From contig JAXHNB010000005.1 in assembly GCA_034520945.1 (NCBI GenBank), forward strand, positions 352,001 through 416,000: a DNA stretch of 64,000 nucleotides. Reading direction: 5' to 3'. Under the pieces are notes generated by a model. It did no database searches and had not been told where the DNA came from. It worked only from the letters and a program-made list of their open reading frames with translations. Within the stretch, counting starts at the first letter, position 1. Each line of letters opens with the position of its first letter. Position numbers and translations under genes: made by a program. Of this stretch, positions 54,513 to 64,000 are shown in pieces. This DNA comes from Trueperaceae bacterium (GTDB taxonomy: Bacteria > Deinococcota > Deinococci > Deinococcales > Trueperaceae).

Positions 54513-55397
54513 TCACGTCGATCGTCCGGCGAAGCGTCGGCGCGGCGAGGGCGCCTCGTCGTACTCGGCGTCCGCGTCCTCGCCGCCGTCGCGAAGGTCG
54601 TCGCCGTCCTCGTCCGTGGAGGCCTCGTCCTCGTCCAGTTCGCCGTCCCCCTCCGGACCGTCGCCGCGCCAGACGTCGGCCTCGAGATCGGACTGTCGTA
54701 CCCGGTCGTCCAGGGCGGCCTGGATCTCGGGCAGCAGCGTCTCGATCACGCGCGGCGGCTTGGGCAGGTCGACGGTGACCTCCTGCCCGGCGACGCCGGA
54801 CGCCGCCTCGGAGCCGAGCCACAGCACGGTGTCCACCACGCGCGCATCGTGCGGCGGGTCGCTGGCCGGCCGCGAGGGGACGACGACGTTGGCCCGCAGG
54901 CGGCCGTGCATTTGGCCGTAGGCGCGGCACAAGCGCGCCAGCCCGCCGCGCACCATCGCGTTCTGCGGCGCCGTCGCCGACGCCGGCGGCGCCACCACCA
55001 CCATCCAGGCGCGCTCCAAGCGGCGGGTCGCGGTGCGGAGGATCCACTGGCTGCTTCGAAGGGTGTCGTCCACCAGCTCGGAGAACTCGCCGTCGGTGAG
55101 GTCCGGCCCGGTGGCGCCGCTGGCGCGCGTGGCGACGTGAACGATGCCGTCCAACCCGCCGAACAGCTGGTCGACCTTGTCGAAGGCGTTGCGCACGTCG
55201 AGCTGCAGCGTCACGTCGATCTGAATCGGGATCGCCTGCCCGCCGACCTCCTCCACCTCGGCGGCGGTCTTGGAGGCCATGGCGACATCGCGGTCGGCGC
55301 AGACGACGTCGTACCCGACGCGGCCCCACCCGAGCGCGATGGCCCGGCCGAACCCCTGCCCCACGCCCGTGACCAGTACCACCCCGGGAAGCGACAT
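54513..55397 (-). CDS. SDR-family oxidoreductase-like protein, catalytic motif degenerate, acidic tail
   Basis: TGVGQGFG Rossmann motif, FGGLDGIVHVA, GVAGQEVTVD; no YxxxK; TATCCT 6 nt before ATG. Confidence 0.8.
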   Translation of the reverse strand: MSLPGVVLVTGVGQGFGRAIALGWGRVGYDVVCADRDVAMASKTAAEVEEVGGQAIPIQIDVTLQLDVRNAFDKVDQLFGGLDGIVHVATRASGATGPDLTDGEFSELVDDTLRSSQWILRTATRRLERAWMVVVAPPASATAPQNAMVRGGLARLCRAYGQMHGRLRANVVVPSRPASDPPHDARVVDTVLWLGSEAASGVAGQEVTVDLPKPPRVIETLLPEIQAALDDRVRQSDLEADVWRGDGPEGDGELDEDEASTDEDGDDLRDGGEDADAEYDEAPSPRRRFAGRST

Positions 55398-55523
55398 GGC
55401 GTCAGGATACTCCCGGCGCCAGGGGCTCACAACCAATGCGCCGGTGTGGGGAGGTCCGTTCGGTACGCCGTTTCCGTCCCCGTCGGTCGGGGCTCTGGTA
55501 GGCTCGGGCGCGAGAGGAGCCGC

Positions 55524-55985
55524 ATGCAGGCCAGCAACGACGCGTCGCCCGAACCGTACAGCTACGTCCACCGCGGCACCGAGGTCGAGGGACGCATCGT
55601 GTCCGACGGGCGTTTGCGCATCGACGGGACGGTGAACGGCGAGGTGCGCGCCGCGGGCGTGCTGGAGATCGCGCCCGGCGGCCGCGTCGAGGGCGGTCCC
55701 GTGCGGGCCACCGACGTTCGGGTCGCCGGGATCGTCGTCGGCGAGGTGCACGCCGAGGGAAAGGTCGAGATCTGGCGCGACGCCGAGGTCCGGGGCGACG
55801 TGCACGCCGCGACGCTGGACGTGGAGGAGGGCGCCCGCTTTTCGGGGCGCAGCTTCATGGCCGGCGACGAGCCTGCGGCGGACGCCTCGGAGGGCGCGCC
55901 GGCCGAGGCGGTGGGCAGGGCCGAACCGGCCGCCGGGAGCGGCGGGGACGATCCGGTGCCGGCGCCCGAGGAGGCGCGGTCGTGA
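55524..55985 (+). CDS. Bactofilin (polymer-forming cytoskeletal protein, CcmA family)
   Basis: GTEVEGRIVSDGRLRIDGTVNGEV..LDVEEGARFSG beta-helix repeats; GAGGAG SD. Confidence 0.92.
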   Translation: MQASNDASPEPYSYVHRGTEVEGRIVSDGRLRIDGTVNGEVRAAGVLEIAPGGRVEGGPVRATDVRVAGIVVGEVHAEGKVEIWRDAEVRGDVHAATLDVEEGARFSGRSFMAGDEPAADASEGAPAEAVGRAEPAAGSGGDDPVPAPEEARS

Positions 55986-56102
55986 GTCGGGTCCGAACCG
56001 CTGCGGGGCGCCTGCTACCATGCGGCGTGACGGCCTCTTCGCGACGCCATGCCGGGCCCTTGAGGTCCGGACGTGGTGTCGTGCCGGCCGGGAGGAGGTC
56101 CC

Positions 56103-56987
56103 GTGGCGCTTGAGCGATGGTTCCGGCGGAGTCGGCCGACGCGCAGCGACGACCAGAGCCCGGCCGGGCTGTGGATGAAATGCGACGCCTGCAGCGCTCA
56201 GATCTACCGCAAGGACCTGGTGTCCAACCTGTACGTGTGCCCGGAGTGCGGGCATCATTACCGCATGCCGGTCGATGCGCGCATCGAGTCGCTGTTGGAC
56301 GAAGGCACCTTCGAACGTTGGTCCGGAGGGCTGGCCCCCACCGACCCGTTGGATTTCGTGGACACGGAGCCGTATCCCGAACGCATGGCGCGGGTCCAGG
56401 AGACGCAGGGCCGCCCCGATGCCGTGGTGACCGGGGCGGGGACACTGGAGGGCCAGCGCGTGGCGTTGGTGGTGATGGACTTCTACTTCGCGGGGGGGTC
56501 GATGGGGTCGGTGGTCGGCGAGGAGATCGCCCGCGCTGCCGAGCGGGCCGCCGCCGAGGACCGCGCCCTGGTGGCGGTGACGGCGTCCGGCGGGGCCCGC
56601 ATGCAGGAGGGCGTGCTCAGCCTGATGCAGATGGCCAAGACCACCGCCGCGCTCGAAGAGCTCGCCGAGCGGCGGCTGCCGTTCGTGACCGTGTTGAGCG
56701 ATCCGACGACGGGCGGCGTGACGGCCAGCTTCGCGACGCTCGGCGACCTGATCCTGGCGGAGCCGAACGCGCTGATCTGCTTCGCCGGGCCGCGGGTGAT
56801 TCAGCAGACCATCAAACAGGACCTCCCCGAAGGGTTCCAGCGCGCCGAGTTCCTCCTCAAGAAGGGGATGCTGGACGACGTCGTGCCCCGCGACGAGATG
56901 AAGGCGTCGGTGGCGCACGTCGTCCGCTTGTTGCGCGGCGGCGTGTACGCGTCGCGGGAAGGGGACGCCCGTGCCGCTTCCGTTTGA
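56103..56987 (+). CDS. accD: Acetyl-CoA carboxylase carboxyltransferase beta subunit
   Basis: [13 protein letters not shown] zinc finger, [26 protein letters not shown]. Confidence 0.97.
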   Translation: MALERWFRRSRPTRSDDQSPAGLWMKCDACSAQIYRKDLVSNLYVCPECGHHYRMPVDARIESLLDEGTFERWSGGLAPTDPLDFVDTEPYPERMARVQETQGRPDAVVTGAGTLEGQRVALVVMDFYFAGGSMGSVVGEEIARAAERAAAEDRALVAVTASGGARMQEGVLSLMQMAKTTAALEELAERRLPFVTVLSDPTTGGVTASFATLGDLILAEPNALICFAGPRVIQQTIKQDLPEGFQRAEFLLKKGMLDDVVPRDEMKASVAHVVRLLRGGVYASREGDARAASV

Positions 56988-57939
56988 GAAACCGATCGAG
57001 GATCTCGAGAGCAAGATCCGCGACATGCGGAGCTACGCCGAAGAGCAGGAGATCGACCTCAGCGAGGAGATCACCCTGCTGGAGCGCCGCCTCGAGACGC
57101 TCAAGAAGGAGACCTTCCGCAGCCTCAGCCGCTGGCAACGGGTCCAGGTGGCCCGCGCGCCGGGACGCCCGACGGGGCTCGACTACGTCGGCCGCGTGTT
57201 CACAGGCTTCAAGGAGTTGCACGGCGATCGGACGCTGGGGGACGATCCGGCCCTCGTGACCGGCGTGGCGGAGCTCGGCGGGCGCAGCGTGATGGTGATC
57301 GCGCAGCAGAAGGGGCGCGACACCAAGGAGAACATCCACCGCAACTTCGGGATGAGCCACCCCAGCGGGTACCGCAAGGCGATGCGCATGTTCGACCTGG
57401 CCGACAAGTTCGGGCTGCCGGTGGTCACGCTGATCGACACGCCGGGGGCCTATCCCGGCATCGCCGCGGAGGAACAGGGCCAGGCGTGGGTGATCGCCGA
57501 ATCGATCCGCCGCATGAGCCGGCTGCGGGTGCCCGCCGTGAGCGTCGTGATCGGCGAGGGGGGCTCGGGCGGGGCGCTCGCGATCGGCGTGGCCAACCGC
57601 GTGCTGATCCTCGAGAACGCCACCTACTCCGTGATCAGCCCGGAGTCGTGCGCGGCGATCCTGTGGCGCGACGTCGGCCAGGCCCCGACGGCGGCGGAGG
57701 CGCTGAAGCTCACCGCGCGCGACCTGCTGGAGCTCGACGTGGTCGATCGCGTGATCGATGAACCGATCGGCGGCGCGCATAAGCACCCGGCCGAGGCGAT
57801 GGACGCCGTGGGTCGTGCTCTGCAGGAGGAACTGGAGGCTCTGGCTGGCGTCCAGGGGTCGGAGCTGGTGACGCAGCGGCGGGCGCGGTTCCGCCGCCTG
57901 GGCCGCTTCACCGAACTCGGCGGTGAAGAGGCCGCCTGA
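56971..57939 (+). CDS. accA: Acetyl-CoA carboxylase carboxyltransferase alpha subunit
   Basis: [37 protein letters not shown]. Confidence 0.97.
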   Translation: MPLPFEKPIEDLESKIRDMRSYAEEQEIDLSEEITLLERRLETLKKETFRSLSRWQRVQVARAPGRPTGLDYVGRVFTGFKELHGDRTLGDDPALVTGVAELGGRSVMVIAQQKGRDTKENIHRNFGMSHPSGYRKAMRMFDLADKFGLPVVTLIDTPGAYPGIAAEEQGQAWVIAESIRRMSRLRVPAVSVVIGEGGSGGALAIGVANRVLILENATYSVISPESCAAILWRDVGQAPTAAEALKLTARDLLELDVVDRVIDEPIGGAHKHPAEAMDAVGRALQEELEALAGVQGSELVTQRRARFRRLGRFTELGGEEAA

Positions 57940-57946
57940 GGCACCT

Positions 57947-58618
57947 TCAGGCGGGACCCCGCGCCTGCGACGCGCGCTCGTGCAGCTGGCGCAGGGCGGA
58001 GGCGACGTCGTCGCTTCCGAACACCGCGCTTCCCGCGACCAGCACGTCCGCTCCAGCCTTGGCGGCCACGGCCGCCGTATCCGCGTCGATGCCGCCGTCC
58101 ACCTCGATCAGCGCGTCGGGTCGGGACCGGTCCCGCCAGGCGCGGACCCGCGCCAGGCGTTCGGCCGTCCCCTCGATCCAGCGTTGCCCGCCGTAGCCGG
58201 GGTCGACGCTCATCACCAGCACCAGGTCCAGCAGCGGGAGGGCGTCCCGCACCACCTCCAGCGGGGTCAACGGGTTCACGGCCAGCCCGGTCTTCATGCC
58301 CAACGCGCGGACGTCGTCCAGGCACCTGTGCAGGTGCCAGACCGGCTCGGCGTGGACGGTGAGGCGATCCGCGCCGGCGCGTGCGAACGGCTCGAGCCAG
58401 CGTTCCGGCGCGTGCACCATCAGGTGCACGTCGAGCGTCGCGTCGGTGCGGTCGCGGCAGGCCCGCACGACCTGCGGCCCGAAGGACAGGTTCGGAACGA
58501 AGGTGCCGTCCATCACGTCGAGGTGGAGCCAGTCGGCCCCTGCGGCGGTGACGGCGTCGATCTGCTCGCCGAGGCGTGCGGGATCGGCGGCGAGGAGCGA
58601 GGGCGCGATGCGGATCAT
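57947..58618 (-). CDS. rpe: Ribulose-phosphate 3-epimerase
   Basis: [39 protein letters not shown]. Confidence 0.97.
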   Translation of the reverse strand: MIRIAPSLLAADPARLGEQIDAVTAAGADWLHLDVMDGTFVPNLSFGPQVVRACRDRTDATLDVHLMVHAPERWLEPFARAGADRLTVHAEPVWHLHRCLDDVRALGMKTGLAVNPLTPLEVVRDALPLLDLVLVMSVDPGYGGQRWIEGTAERLARVRAWRDRSRPDALIEVDGGIDADTAAVAAKAGADVLVAGSAVFGSDDVASALRQLHERASQARGPA

Positions 58619-58854
58619 GGGGCACGATACCGCTGCGGCCTCCCGGCAGGCACGTAGCGTCGGCACGGTGCCGAGGCCGGCCTCGCCGTCGGCCGGCCGA
58701 CGCCCCATTGTTGAGCGGCGAGGTATACAATACCTGCGTGCCGATCCTTGCGGGACGCGCCGGCAGGCCTGGCGAGCGGATCGCAACGGACGTCACCACA
58801 GCGAACGCAGCCCAGCTGCACGCATCTCACCCGAACCACCCAGAGGAGGCGAAC

Positions 58855-59721
58855 ATGGAGCGAGGGTACGCGCATCCCGAGGTGCTGGTCGACACCGATT
58901 GGGTCGAAGCGCACCACGGGGACGACGGTGTACGCGTCGTCGAGGTCGACGAAGACGTGCTGCTGTACGAGCAGGGGCACGTGCCCGGCGCCCGCAAGCT
59001 CGACTGGCACACCGAACTGCAGCGCCCGGACGTGCGCGACTTCGTGGACCGGGAACAGTTCGCCGCCCTGATGGAGGAGAAGGGGATCTCGAACGACGAC
59101 ACGGTCGTGCTGTACGGCGACAAGTCGAACTGGTGGGCCGCGTACGCGTTCTGGTTCCTCAAGTACAACGGCCACGAGGACGTGCGGCTCATGGACGGCG
59201 GCCGTCAGAAGTGGGTCGCCGAGGGGCGTTCGATCACGCGCGACGTGCCGCCGCGGGAGCCGGCGATCTACCGCGTGCCGTACCGCGACGCCTCCATCCG
59301 GGCGTTCGCCCCCGACGTGCTGCAGCACCTGCTGGCGGTCAAGGACGGCCGGGGGGCGCTGGTGGACGTGCGCAGCCCGGCCGAGTACAGCGGCGAGAAG
59401 CTGCACATGCCCGAGTACCCCCAGGAGGGCGCGCTGCGCGGTGGGCACATCCCGGGTGCCGCCAACGTGCCGTGGGCCCAGGCGGTGCAGGACGACGGCA
59501 CCTTCAAGCCCGCCTCCGAGTTGACGGAGCTGTACCGGGGGCACGGCGTCACCGCCGACCGGCCGGTGATCGCCTACTGCCGCATCGCCGAGCGCAGCAG
59601 CCACACCTGGTTCGTGCTCAGGTACCTGCTCGGCTACCCCGACGTGCGCAACTACGACGGCAGTTGGACGGAATGGGGCAACATGGTCGGCGTGCCGGTC
59701 GCGCAGGGGGCCGAGCCCTGA
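58855..59721 (+). CDS. Thiosulfate/3-mercaptopyruvate sulfurtransferase (tandem rhodanese, SseA/CysA-like)
   Basis: [24 protein letters not shown], active-site [27 protein letters not shown]. Confidence 0.93.
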   Translation: MERGYAHPEVLVDTDWVEAHHGDDGVRVVEVDEDVLLYEQGHVPGARKLDWHTELQRPDVRDFVDREQFAALMEEKGISNDDTVVLYGDKSNWWAAYAFWFLKYNGHEDVRLMDGGRQKWVAEGRSITRDVPPREPAIYRVPYRDASIRAFAPDVLQHLLAVKDGRGALVDVRSPAEYSGEKLHMPEYPQEGALRGGHIPGAANVPWAQAVQDDGTFKPASELTELYRGHGVTADRPVIAYCRIAERSSHTWFVLRYLLGYPDVRNYDGSWTEWGNMVGVPVAQGAEP

Positions 59722-59749
59722 GGCGATGCTCGCGCCTAGCCTGTCCAGC

Positions 59750-59789
59750 ACGCGTCGAGGCCGGGGCAACGCCCCCGGCCTCGACGCGT
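59750..59789. terminator. Long hairpin between convergent sulfurtransferase and gabT genes (putative bidirectional terminator)
   Basis: 17-bp stem ACGCGTCGAGGCCGGGG/CCCCGGCCTCGACGCGT. Confidence 0.6.
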
Positions 59790-59845
59790 ATGGTGCCTTC
59801 CTCGCGCGCGGTGGGGCCGGCGGGCGCCGGCCGTTGGAATTGCGT

Positions 59846-61159
59846 TCAGGCGACGGCGCCGACCGGCGCCAGCGCGTGACGGATCGCGGCCTCGAGCTTG
59901 TCCGCGCCTTCGGCCAGCTCCTCGTCCGACAGGTTGAGGGGCGGCAGGAGCCGGATCACGTTGCCGTAGGTGCCGGTCGGGAGCAGCAGCAGCCCGCTCT
60001 CGCGGGCGTGCGCCACGACCGCCTCGACGGCGGCGGTGTTCGGTGTCTTGTGCTCGTCGGCGACGAACTCGATGCCGATCATGGCGCCCATGCCGCGGAC
60101 GTCGCCGATCTCGGCGAACTCGGCCTGCAGCCCAAGGAGCCGTTCGTTCAGGGCGTCGCCGATCTCGCGTGCGCGCGCCAGCAGGCCCTCTTCCTCGATC
60201 ACGTCGAGGGTCGCCAGCGCGGCCGCGATCGACACGGGGTTTCCTCCGAAGGTGCTGCCCAGCATGCCGGGTCCGACGCGGTCCATCACCTCGGCGGTGC
60301 CGACCACCGCTGAGAGCGGGAACCCCGACGAGAGCGCCTTGGCGCTGGTCACCAGGTCGGGCTCGAGACCGGCGTGGTCCACCGCCCACCACGCCCCGGT
60401 GCGGCCGATGCCGGCCTGGATCTCGTCGTCGATCCACAACGCGCCGATCTCGGAGGCGTAGGCGCGCAGGCCGCGCAGGAAGCTGGGCGGCGCCGGGATG
60501 AAGCCCCCCTCGCCGGCGATCGGTTCCAGCACGAAGGCGGCGACCTCGTCCTCACCGACGGTGGTCTTGACCTGGTCGCGAAGCTGCGCCAGCGTCGCTT
60601 CGCCGACGTCCCCGTCCTTCGCGGTGAACGGCGAGCGGTAGGCGTAGGGGTACGTCGCGCGGTAGATCTCGGCCGCCCGTGGGCGGAAGCCGGCCTTGTA
60701 GGGGTTCGCTTTGCCCGTTAGCGACAGCGCCATGTGGGTCCGGCCGTGGAAGGCGTGCGTGAACGCGACGATGCCTTGCCGTCCGGTCGCCACGCGCGCG
60801 ATCTTGACGGCGTTCTCGACCGCTTCGGCGCCGGAGTTGACCAGGAACGTCTTCTTCTGGCCGTCGCCCGGCGCGAGCGCGTTCAGGCGCTCGGCCAGCG
60901 CGACGTAGGACTCGTGCATGCCCACGGCGAAGCAGAGGTGCTGGAACCGCTCCGTCTGCCGCCGCACCGCTTCGACCACCTTGGGGTGGGAGTGGCCGAC
61001 GTTCATGACGGCGATGCCGACCGAGAAGTCGAGGTACTTCGTGCCGTCGGCGTCCCAGACGTAGGAGCCCTTGGCGTCCGCAGGGTAGATCGGATGGATC
61101 GACGCCGCGGCGGGCGAGACGGCCGCTGCGCGGCGGCGGGCCAATTCCTGGTTGCTCAT
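59846..61159 (-). CDS. gabT: Class III PLP aminotransferase, 4-aminobutyrate aminotransferase-like
   Basis: NSGAEAVENAVKIAR, FHGRT, EPIAGEGGF, DEIQAGIGRTG, SAKALSSG, GNVIRLLPPL. Confidence 0.85.
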   Translation of the reverse strand: MSNQELARRRAAAVSPAAASIHPIYPADAKGSYVWDADGTKYLDFSVGIAVMNVGHSHPKVVEAVRRQTERFQHLCFAVGMHESYVALAERLNALAPGDGQKKTFLVNSGAEAVENAVKIARVATGRQGIVAFTHAFHGRTHMALSLTGKANPYKAGFRPRAAEIYRATYPYAYRSPFTAKDGDVGEATLAQLRDQVKTTVGEDEVAAFVLEPIAGEGGFIPAPPSFLRGLRAYASEIGALWIDDEIQAGIGRTGAWWAVDHAGLEPDLVTSAKALSSGFPLSAVVGTAEVMDRVGPGMLGSTFGGNPVSIAAALATLDVIEEEGLLARAREIGDALNERLLGLQAEFAEIGDVRGMGAMIGIEFVADEHKTPNTAAVEAVVAHARESGLLLLPTGTYGNVIRLLPPLNLSDEELAEGADKLEAAIRHALAPVGAVA

Positions 61160-61347
61160 GGGCACCTCCCGGGCCTGACCGCGGCGTGGCGTTCGAAAGT
61201 ATCGTGGGCATTACGCCCGTCGTTCCGAAGCTTGCGCGCGGGATGGGGTTACGGTTCCGAGACGATCCGCGGAACCGACTTTACTAGAATAGCACCGGGC
61301 CGGGTGGGCTGTGTACCCCGGACGCGGGGGCACGGTAGCCTGCCGGC

Positions 61348-62097
61348 GTGCCCTCCTCGGCCCCCTGGGCCCCCCCATCGGTCCGCGTCCGCGCGGACCC
61401 CGGCTTCGAGGAAGACGCGCGCACGCTGGCGACGCGCCTGGGGCTGGCGTTCGGCCTCGTCCCGGCGCGCTACGAGCTTCGGGTCGGCGCAGGCGGCGTC
61501 GCGCTCGTGTCCGAGCAGGCGCCGTCCGACCGGGCCGCGGCCCTGCGCGTCGACCTGAGCGCGCGCCGCAGCGGGCAGGTCCCGGTCGTGCGCGCGGTCA
61601 CGGGGGGCCGTCCCCGCGACCGGGTCGGCCGGGTGGTCGACGCCACCGCCGGCCTGGGCGCCGACGCCGCGGCGTTGGCGCGTGCCGGACTGGAGGTCGT
61701 GATGATCGAACGGCACCCGGTGATCGGCGCGCTGCTGGCCGACGGGCTGGCGCGGCTGGAGGCCGCCGAGCCGGGCGCCGTCGCGTTGTCGTTGCGAGTG
61801 GGGGACGCGCGCGAGCTGCTGGCGACGTTGGCGCCGCCGCCGCAGGTCGTGTTCCTGGACCCGATGCACCCGCGGCGGCGCGGGGGGGCGAAGCGGGCGT
61901 CGGCCGCCTGGTTGCGGGACCTGTCGGGCCCGCCCGACGAGGCGGAGCAGCGCGCCCTGCTGGCGCGGGCGCGGGCGGTGGCGAGGCGGCGGGTGGTGGT
62001 CAAGCGCCCCGCCAAGTCGGCGCCCCTCGAACCGGGTTGGAGCGGCCGGATCGAGGGGCGCACGGTGCGCTTCGACCTGTACGCGCCGGATCGTTGA
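61348..62097 (+). CDS. rsmJ: Class I SAM-dependent methyltransferase, RsmJ (16S m2G1516)-like
   Basis: VVDATAGLGADA, IERHPVI, FLDPMHP, RVVVKRP..AP, RFDLY. Confidence 0.8.
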   Translation: MPSSAPWAPPSVRVRADPGFEEDARTLATRLGLAFGLVPARYELRVGAGGVALVSEQAPSDRAAALRVDLSARRSGQVPVVRAVTGGRPRDRVGRVVDATAGLGADAAALARAGLEVVMIERHPVIGALLADGLARLEAAEPGAVALSLRVGDARELLATLAPPPQVVFLDPMHPRRRGGAKRASAAWLRDLSGPPDEAEQRALLARARAVARRRVVVKRPAKSAPLEPGWSGRIEGRTVRFDLYAPDR

Positions 62098-62139
62098 GCG
62101 CCCGAGGCGGTACGAAGCGGCCCCGCGGCGGGCGCAGCG

Positions 62140-62213
62140 TGGCTGGCCCGCAGGGATTCGAACCCCGACCGTCCGGACCAAAACCGGGTGTCCTGCCATT
62201 AGACGACGGGCCA
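62140..62213 (-). tRNA. tRNA-Gln (anticodon TTG)
   Basis: TGGCCCG acceptor stem, anticodon loop TT-TTG-GT, TTCGAAT T-loop, encoded CCA. Confidence 0.96.
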
Positions 62214-62241
62214 CCGACGCCCCAGCCGCGGGGCGAACCAG

Positions 62242-62270
62242 ATCGTATCCGCGCCATGCCGGCCGGTCAA
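62242..62270 (-). promoter_or_regulatory. Putative promoter of tRNA-Gln(TTG): TTGACC-17-TACGAT
   Basis: Minus-strand hexamers at 62265-62270 and 62242-62247. Confidence 0.6.
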
Positions 62271-62347
62271 GCGGAGGCCTGGGGCCGCCGCCCACCATAT
62301 TGCGCACGCACGCAGCCCCGGCGGGGGCCGGGGCTGCGTGCGTCGTT

Positions 62348-62421
62348 TGGTTGGCCCGCAGGGATTCGAACCCCGACCGTCCGGACCAGAACCGGGTGTC
62401 CTGCCATTAGACTACGGGCCA
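62348..62421 (-). tRNA. tRNA-Gln (anticodon CTG)
   Basis: Near-identical to the neighbouring tRNA-Gln, anticodon loop TT-CTG-GT, encoded CCA. Confidence 0.96.
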
Positions 62422-62432
62422 GTGCAGGCCGG

Positions 62433-62462
62433 AGTGTACAGCGCTGACGCGAGGACCGTCAA
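62433..62462 (-). promoter_or_regulatory. Putative promoter of tRNA-Gln(CTG): TTGACG-18-TACACT
   Basis: Minus-strand hexamers at 62457-62462 and 62433-62438. Confidence 0.6.
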
Positions 62463-62559
62463 GCAGTCCCGTCGCGAGCCGCGGCCGCGCCGGCCTTGCC
62501 GCGCGCGAGCGCGTTGGGGTAGAGTGCTGGGCGCTGCGCCGGGCTCGCCCGGCGTCCGA

Positions 62560-62651
<92 letters not shown>

Positions 62652-62745
62652 ACGATGCAGCGGCCGCCTTAGCAAGGCGGCCGCGCGTTTGGGCCGAGGC
62701 CGGCGGCCCGCCGCCGCGGCCCGGTCGCGCGCGAGGAGGTCGTCC

Positions 62746-63372
62746 GTGTCCACCGTGATCATCGATCACCCCCTGATTCAGCACAAGCTCTCCATCATGC
62801 GTGACCAAAACACGCCGGTGCGCGACTTCCGCGCCCTGTGCACCGAGATCGCGATGTTGATGGCGTTCGAAGCGATGCGCGACCTTCCCCTCGAGGAGGC
62901 CGAGGTCCGAACCCCGGTCGCCCCGGCCCGCGTACGCCGCCTCGCCGGCAAGAAGCTCGCGCTGGTGGCGATCCTTCGGGCGGGCCTGATCATGGTCGAC
63001 GGGATCCTCGACCTGGTGCCCAGTGCGCGCGTCGGCCACATCGGGCTGTTCCGCGATCCCGAGTCGCTGTCCCCCGTCCGGTACTACGCCAAGTTGCCGG
63101 GCGACATCCATGAACGCGACGTGTTCCTTTTGGACCCCATGCTGGCCACCGGGGGCAGCGCCGTGTCGGCGACCCGTATGCTGAAGGAGCACGGAGCGGG
63201 CCGGATTCGACTGCTGTGCATCCTGGCGGCGCCGGAGGGGGTGGACGCGGTCGCGTCGGCGCACCCCGACGTCGAGATCGTGCTGGCCGCCCAGGACGAG
63301 CGTCTCGACGAGCACGGCTACATCGTGCCGGGCTTGGGCGACGCGGGCGACCGCATCTACGGGACGCGGTGA
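62746..63372 (+). CDS. upp: Uracil phosphoribosyltransferase
   Basis: [48 protein letters not shown]. Confidence 0.97.
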   Translation: MSTVIIDHPLIQHKLSIMRDQNTPVRDFRALCTEIAMLMAFEAMRDLPLEEAEVRTPVAPARVRRLAGKKLALVAILRAGLIMVDGILDLVPSARVGHIGLFRDPESLSPVRYYAKLPGDIHERDVFLLDPMLATGGSAVSATRMLKEHGAGRIRLLCILAAPEGVDAVASAHPDVEIVLAAQDERLDEHGYIVPGLGDAGDRIYGTR

Positions 63373-63435
63373 GCGGGCGGCCGCCCCAGCTCGGCGAGAA
63401 GCGCTTCGCATCGTTCGGCGCCGCCTCGCGCTAGG

Positions 63436-64000
63436 ATGCGGTTCGTGCAAGAGGCGCCGCTTCCCCTTCTTCCCCTGGCCCTGGTGGCGTTCTTCGCCGC
63501 GCTCGCCTGCGTGGCCCTGCTGGTCCCGCGCGTTCGGTCGTTCGCGTTCCGCGTCGGCGCCGTGCAGGCCGGCGGGCGCCGGCACGGGCACGGCCGCCGC
63601 CGGCACGAGGGCGCCGTGCCGAACATCGGCGGCGTGGCCCTGTTGGCGGGGTTTCTGTTCGCCCTCCTGGCCGGCGCCGCGCTGATGCCCAGCGCCCTGG
63701 GCGCCGACCGCGCCCCGTTGTTGGCCATCGTGCTGGGCGGCGTGCTGATGACGCTGGTCGGACTCGTGGACGACCTGTGGGAGTTGCCGGTGGCGATGCG
63801 CTTGGCGACGCAGACGGTGGCGGCGGGGATCCTGGTGGTGCACGGCGTCCAGATCCAGTTCGTGACCAATTACTTCGCGGTCGGTCCCCTGTCCCACTGG
63901 GCGGGCGACGGCAACTTCGTGTTCTTCGGCGAGACCGTCGCTGCGCTGCTGACGATCCTGTGGGTCGTGGGCTTCAGCAACGCGTTCAACTTCATCGACG
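63436..64000 (+). CDS. MraY/WecA/TagO family polyprenyl-phosphate sugar-1-phosphate transferase, 3'-truncated by window edge
   Basis: VPNIGGVALLAGF, VGLVDDLW, WVVGFSNAFNFIDG motifs; alternative leaderless GTG start at 63445. Confidence 0.9.
   Translation, partial: MRFVQEAPLPLLPLALVAFFAALACVALLVPRVRSFAFRVGAVQAGGRRHGHGRRRHEGAVPNIGGVALLAGFLFALLAGAALMPSALGADRAPLLAIVLGGVLMTLVGLVDDLWELPVAMRLATQTVAAGILVVHGVQIQFVTNYFAVGPLSHWAGDGNFVFFGETVAALLTILWVVGFSNAFNFID

Noticed and set aside
56027..56113. Possible leaderless 28-aa uORF overlapping the accD start (TACCAT 5 nt before GTG)
   Set aside because: No informative sequence; a GTG near a TSS can arise by chance, and it cannot be supported without ribosome profiling

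Overview
High-GC chromosomal core region, most likely from a Deinococcota (Trueperaceae/Thermus-Deinococcus-like) bacterium. This is inferred from the V/A-type ATP synthase operon I-K-E-C-F-A-B-D, Thermus-type GluRS, the split-alpha transhydrogenase, the futalosine pathway gene mqnB and pervasive leaderless promoters. The window holds about 60 CDS: ATP synthase, an Aap/Bzt-type amino-acid ABC transporter, a PilT-family ATPase, folC, serS, gatC, arginase, zwf, tyrS, pfkA, pntAB, clpB, asnB, an M16C peptidase, Rqc2/RqcH, fba, mqnB, ftsY, gltX, uppP, rpsI-rplM, nrdR, bactofilin, accDA, rpe, a sulfurtransferase, gabT, an rsmJ-like gene, upp and a partial MraY/WecA-like gene. It also has three tRNAs (Gln-TTG, Gln-CTG, Ser-CGA). 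I saw no mobile element, prophage, CRISPR array or defence island. Most notable observations: (1) an ABC permease with a ~210-aa acidic insert carrying SdrD-B/Ca2+-binding-like Dx[DN]xDG motifs; (2) a translationally coupled five-gene unit of YtkA-like lipoprotein, 4Fe-4S membrane polyferredoxin, M15B carboxypeptidase, YtkA/FixH-like protein and DUF554, a candidate copper/redox envelope system; (3) a +1 frameshift in the Rqc2/RqcH gene; (4) a Bacteroidota/Rhodothermota-like serS; (5) a catalytically degenerate SDR upstream of nrdR; (6) a HAIR-like operator over the clpB promoter; and (7) about 19 genes with TANNNT 5-7 nt before the start codon. All homology calls come from motif recognition by eye, not database searches.
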